From: Malacoraja senta
Taxonomy: Eukaryota
Length of the DNA stretch: 64,000 nucleotides
NCBI GenBank assembly: GCA_038087875.1
Contig: CM075991.1
Location: 9,054,001 to 9,118,000, forward strand
Direction of reading: 5' to 3'
The notes under the pieces are model-generated. The model was not told the origin of the DNA. It ran no database searches and worked only from the letters and a program-made list of their open reading frames with translations. Positions within the stretch are counted from its first letter, which is position 1, and the number at the start of each line of letters is the position of its first letter. Below, in pieces: positions 59,732 through 64,000 of this stretch. The position numbers were made by a program, and so were the translations under genes.

Positions 59732-61814
59732 AGTAATAATTCAGTCCAAGGACCTTCGCATTTGACAAGGGGTCTTGGACTTCAAGCATAAACTCTGTAT
59801 CTCTTTCCACAGATGCATTCTGATCTACTGAGTGTTCCCAGTATTTTCTGTTTGGATTTCAGATTTCTAGCATTTGAATTTCAGCATTCAACAGATCATG
59901 CTGCTTGGATGAGGAACAGCTTTGCCCAAGATCGTAAGAAATTGCAGAGAGCTGCAGATGTTGCCCAGTCCATCACACAGATCAGACACTTCAGACAGAC
60001 AGCGTAATCAAAGTCTTGTCTCAGCCCAGTCATTCCTTCTTCTCCCCGCTCACATCCAGCAGAAGGTACAGAAACTAGTAGACTCAGGAACAGGTTCTCC
60101 CGGTCCATTATCAGGCTTCTGAATGGTCCTTCCATAGGCTAGGATACTATTCAATTCACCTCTACCCCATGGAGGACATTGGACAGGGGAGTCTGAAACT
60201 AGAGGACATAGATTTAAGGTGAGAGGGGAATGATTTAAAGTGGACCTGAAGGGCAGGTTTTGGAGGTTGGTCGGTTTGTGGAATGAGCTGATAGAGGAAG
60301 TGGTGGAGGTAGATAGAATTGCTATGTTTAAAGTCATTTGAACATGTACACAGATAAGGGTTTGAGGGATACTGGCCAAATACAGGAAAGGACCTTGGTT
60401 AGCATGGACTAGTTGGCCGAATGGCCTGATTCACTGCTATACATTTCTATGACTCCATATTTCCATTCTGGACAACAAGCTACCCAACAGATATTTATGC
60501 TGCTTATGCCTCTTCCTACATTTCTTAGTGACCCCCATCAATATATTCTCCTATTAAATGGAAGAAATGTTGACAAGACACAAGCGTAAGCTGGCCACGT
60601 ACACGGTGGACAATGGCGAGATACCAAAGCTTATTGTAATTACTGGCTTTCCGTTCATAACCCTGTAGAGGAGCAATGTAGTTTAACAAAGTGGCGATCT
60701 GCGGGTTGGAAAATCGGCAACCTTTGGGAATATTAATGGCAAGTTTGGTGGAAAGTTGGGGCTCATTGTCCGTAATTAAGGAGACTAAGCTCAAGATGGG
60801 ATTCTGCTCCTGATCTCCACTGACTAATGCAACACATAGCGAGTGCAAGGGTTTATGCCTGTGTACAAGAGAGGGGAGAATGATGTACACAGTCATAAAT
60901 GAGATCCACAACTCTTTGAAGAATGGTCTCGACCCAAAACGTCACCTATTCCTTCTCTCCAGATATGCTGCCTGACCCACTGAGTTACACCAGCATTTTG
61001 TGTCCATCTCCATATCTCTCCCTCTATTGACTCCGCCACAGGCTTTGCTTCCAGCAAGGGCTCAAACCTGATTTTGTGGGACTGGGGACGAAGTGAGTCC
61101 TGACCTGGTAAGATTGGCAAGTGTATTTATCCCCCAGAAAAGGGTTGGATGAGATTTCTACTGTGCCAATGATGCCAGATTATATTTCCAAAAAACTCAA
61201 AAAGGTAGTAGTGGGATTTGAACTCTTACTCCAACAGATTATGCTTCCTGGATTTCAATCCAACACATTACAACCGCAGGGCAGCCACAAAGCCTTAAAT
61301 TGCGAGACAAGCTAGCATGGAGTGGTTGTAAAATTAAGCAGATTATTGGCACCCATCAACTGTTCTATTTGGACCACCAATTATCATTTTGGGAAGCACT
61401 CACGCCTAGCAGTTGCTGGCATAAACTCTCAATCTATTTTCATCCCAATACCCACTCAGCAGTCCTCTGAGCCAAGTTTAACTGATGAAAAAAATAAGCC
61501 AATGTTATTTAGTAGCGGGCACCAATTGTGCTGCAAAAGCAATGTCATTTAATTTATTCCCCTCATATATTTCGGGCACAATGAGAGATGATGGATAGAT
61601 GCGAGACACAGCTATGGATGTAATCAAATTAGCAAGATATAGCTATAGCTCCAGGCATGAGAGAACTGCAGGAATTCCCCCAAAGGAATGTTCCCTTGGC
61701 GTTAGTTACATTTTAGCCTAATTCCCATGAAGGTGCTGACTCCGACTGTGTTACTGTACTCTGGGTAATTGAATTAAGGGATGATATCATGCTGGTGGGG
61801 TGGTTAGATAGAGT

Positions 61815-62281
61815 GTTTAGAGATACAGCGCGGAACGGGAACAGGCCCTTCAGCCCACCGAGTCCGTGCCAACCAGCGACCCCCATACCCTAGCTCTATC
61901 CTCCACACGATTTACAATTTTTCCCAACGCTAATTAACCTACAAACCTGTACATCTTTGGAGTCCGGAGCACCTGGAGAAAACCCACGCAGGTCACAGGG
62001 AGAACGTACAAACTCTGTACAAGATTCAAGATTCAAGAGAGTTTATTGTCATGTGCCCCTGATAGGACAATGAAATTCTTGCTTTGCTTCAGCACAACAG
62101 AACATAGTAGGCATGAATACAGAACAGATCAGTGTGTCCATAGACCATTATAAAAAATATATACACACATATGTATATGCTGCCTCTGTATATGTATATA
62201 GACAGTACCCTTGGTCAGGATCGAACACGGGTCTTTGGTGCTGTAAGGCAGCAGCTCTACCGCTGCGCCACCTTGCCGCCC
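61815..62281 (-). mobile_element. HE1-type SINE interrupted by a LINE 3'-end fragment (~62020-62195, (TCTTGAA)n tail)
   Basis: SINE halves are collinear around the insert. Confidence 0.8.
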
Positions 62282-62664
62282 GAGGTTTCGGGTCAGCGAA
62301 TTCCAGAATCCAGAGTCTTGGCATCTAAAGACTGGAGCAACGAATATATTTGAGGATCAACAAGATGACAGGAATCATGAGAGGTTGCGGGGCTGGAGGT
62401 GGTTGCAGAGGCAGCATGGAGTGAGAGTGTGGATAGCTTTGTATACAAGGTTGAGAATTTTCCAGTACAACAGAGGGGTTGCCAAGTTGTGAGTCAATGC
62501 TAGTTAGTGATAATACACGGTCTGTCTGTACTTGGTATTGGATATGCCTGGCAATGGTCTGAAGTTTATGTTGGCCGCAGAGCTTTGGAATAGGGAGGTT
62601 TAGTTTAGTTAAGCGATAGAGCGCGGAAACAGGCCCTTCAGCCCACTGAGACCAACAATCACAA

Positions 62665-63175
62665 ATGTCTGGAAAGCTCTCCCAAGGGTGGTGGTTGAAG
62701 TAGATACATTAGTGGCATTTAAGAGACTTTTGGATAGGCAGATGGATATGTAGGGAATGGAGGGTTATGTGCAGGTAGATAAGTGATGGTCTTGGCATAA
62801 GATGGTCTTGACCACAGTTTAAGAATCAGGAGTAAGCCATTTAGAACGGTGACGAGCAAACACTTTTTCTCACAGAGAGTGGTGAGTGTGGAATTATCTG
62901 CCTCAGAGGGCGGTGGAGGCAGGTTCTCTGGATGCTTTCAAGAGAGAGCTAGATAGGGCTCTTAAAAATAGCGGAGTCAGGGGATATGGGGAGAAGGCAG
63001 GAACGGGGTACTGATTGGGGATGATCAGCCATGATCACGTTGAATGGCGGTGATGGCTCGAAGAGCCAAATGGCCTACTCCTGCACCTATTGTCTATTGT
63101 CTATTGTCTATAATGTTCGGCACAGTAATTGTGGGCCGAAGGGCCTGTTCTTGTGCCATACTCTTCTATGTTCTA
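62665..63175 (+). mobile_element. Nested CR1 3' fragments
   Basis: CR1 C-terminal coding remnants and a (CTATTGT)n tail. Confidence 0.78.
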
Positions 63176-63629
63176 AGGCAAGATGCCTCGGCTAATAAGA
63201 ACTGCTTTCTCCTCTCAATTGCTCCCCTTCTTCTAAGAAGTAATTTAATACAATTACAGATTCCTTTATCTGGGAAACCAGCCTCTGCATTTGAATTAAA
63301 TTGTTTCTCTAAATGGTACCATTTGTGTAAGGGAATAATTTAATGGATGATGAATCAAGATGAACTAATGTATACTGAGCAAACCAAGACACAGATGCAA
63401 AGTGCCAGTATTACCGCTCTGAGGTCCCCACACAACAAGGAAGCACAATGAAAATTATGCTAAAGGGAGCTGGTAAACTGGGGATATGTTTTATGATGCC
63501 CTTCATTGTTTAGGAATTAAAACACGGAACAATATGTATTAAAGTGACAGTCTTGTATCACTGTTTACAGTATATCCGGAGACATCGTGAGAAGAGAAGA
63601 AGCCTTACTTTTAGTTTTGTTTAGAGATA

Positions 63630-64000
63630 CTCCCCGTTGGATTGCAACCTTGTCGTGGTCGGGGAGCTTGTGTGTCTCAGTGACCCCTAGAGCTATGCCA
63701 GCGGGAGATTCGTCTCCTGTTAGGGTCTCCCATGCTGGACAGGTCGAAGGGTAGAGGCGAGACGAAGAGCGATCCTCTGGTCCTCCAGGTTGGAGGTTGA
63801 GCACGGGGCTAGCAACCCTGTCTCGTAAAACAAATATGTTACGGAAACAGCAACTGAAGGAATCAACACTACTGGGCGTGATGGACTTCCAGGGCTATCG
63901 ACAGATGCTGGGATGAATGTCAATGGTGAACAATGGACCTGATCTGGGGTAGTGTCCAGAAGCTAGCCCAGAACAGACAGGAGTGGAGGACCTTCATTGC
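63630..64000 (+). mobile_element. Bipartite non-autonomous RTE derivative (5' UTR joined to the extreme 3' end of the ORF); runs off the window
   Basis: RTE/BovB-like 5' motifs CCTTGTCGTGG and GGTCCTCCAGGTTGGAGGTTG...GGGCTAGCAACCC, then directly MDLIWGSVQKLAQNRQEWRTFI (RTE C-terminus-like). Confidence 0.72.

Noticed and set aside
60525..60911. 128-aa ORF with ITDNEPQ, resembling a Gypsy integrase SDNGPQF motif
   Set aside because: No other integrase motifs are recognisable nearby.

Overview
Eukaryotic, repeat-dense (intronic or intergenic) DNA, almost certainly from a cartilaginous fish (skate/ray-like). The basis is more than 20 copies of an HE1-type tRNA-derived SINE together with CR1, Rex1/Babar, L1, RTE, RTE-X and Penelope-like (PLE) retroelements. 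No host protein-coding exon could be identified with confidence, and nearly all ORF-track entries are TE-derived or spurious. The left edge holds the 5' part of an apparently intact DIRS (tyrosine-recombinase) retrotransposon. It has a 433-aa gag and a pol ORF in the -1 frame, with a U UUU UUA heptamer that doubles as a splice acceptor. The most notable signal is RNA structure in short non-autonomous retroelements. Two copies of a ~140-bp (GAA)n-tailed element begin exactly at a compact 54-nt CPEB3/HDV-like ribozyme fold. A second ~195-bp (GAA)n-tailed family and a bipartite RTE derivative also start with HDV-like folds. Many PLE-derived inserts carry a minimal hammerhead motif, including a tandem pair. 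Also present are seven PIF/Harbinger-type MITEs, a hAT MITE, a microhomology-flanked templated insertion, local duplications and a ~490-bp (GGCAW)n satellite. Coordinates of degraded repeats are approximate, and family names come from motif recognition, not database searches.
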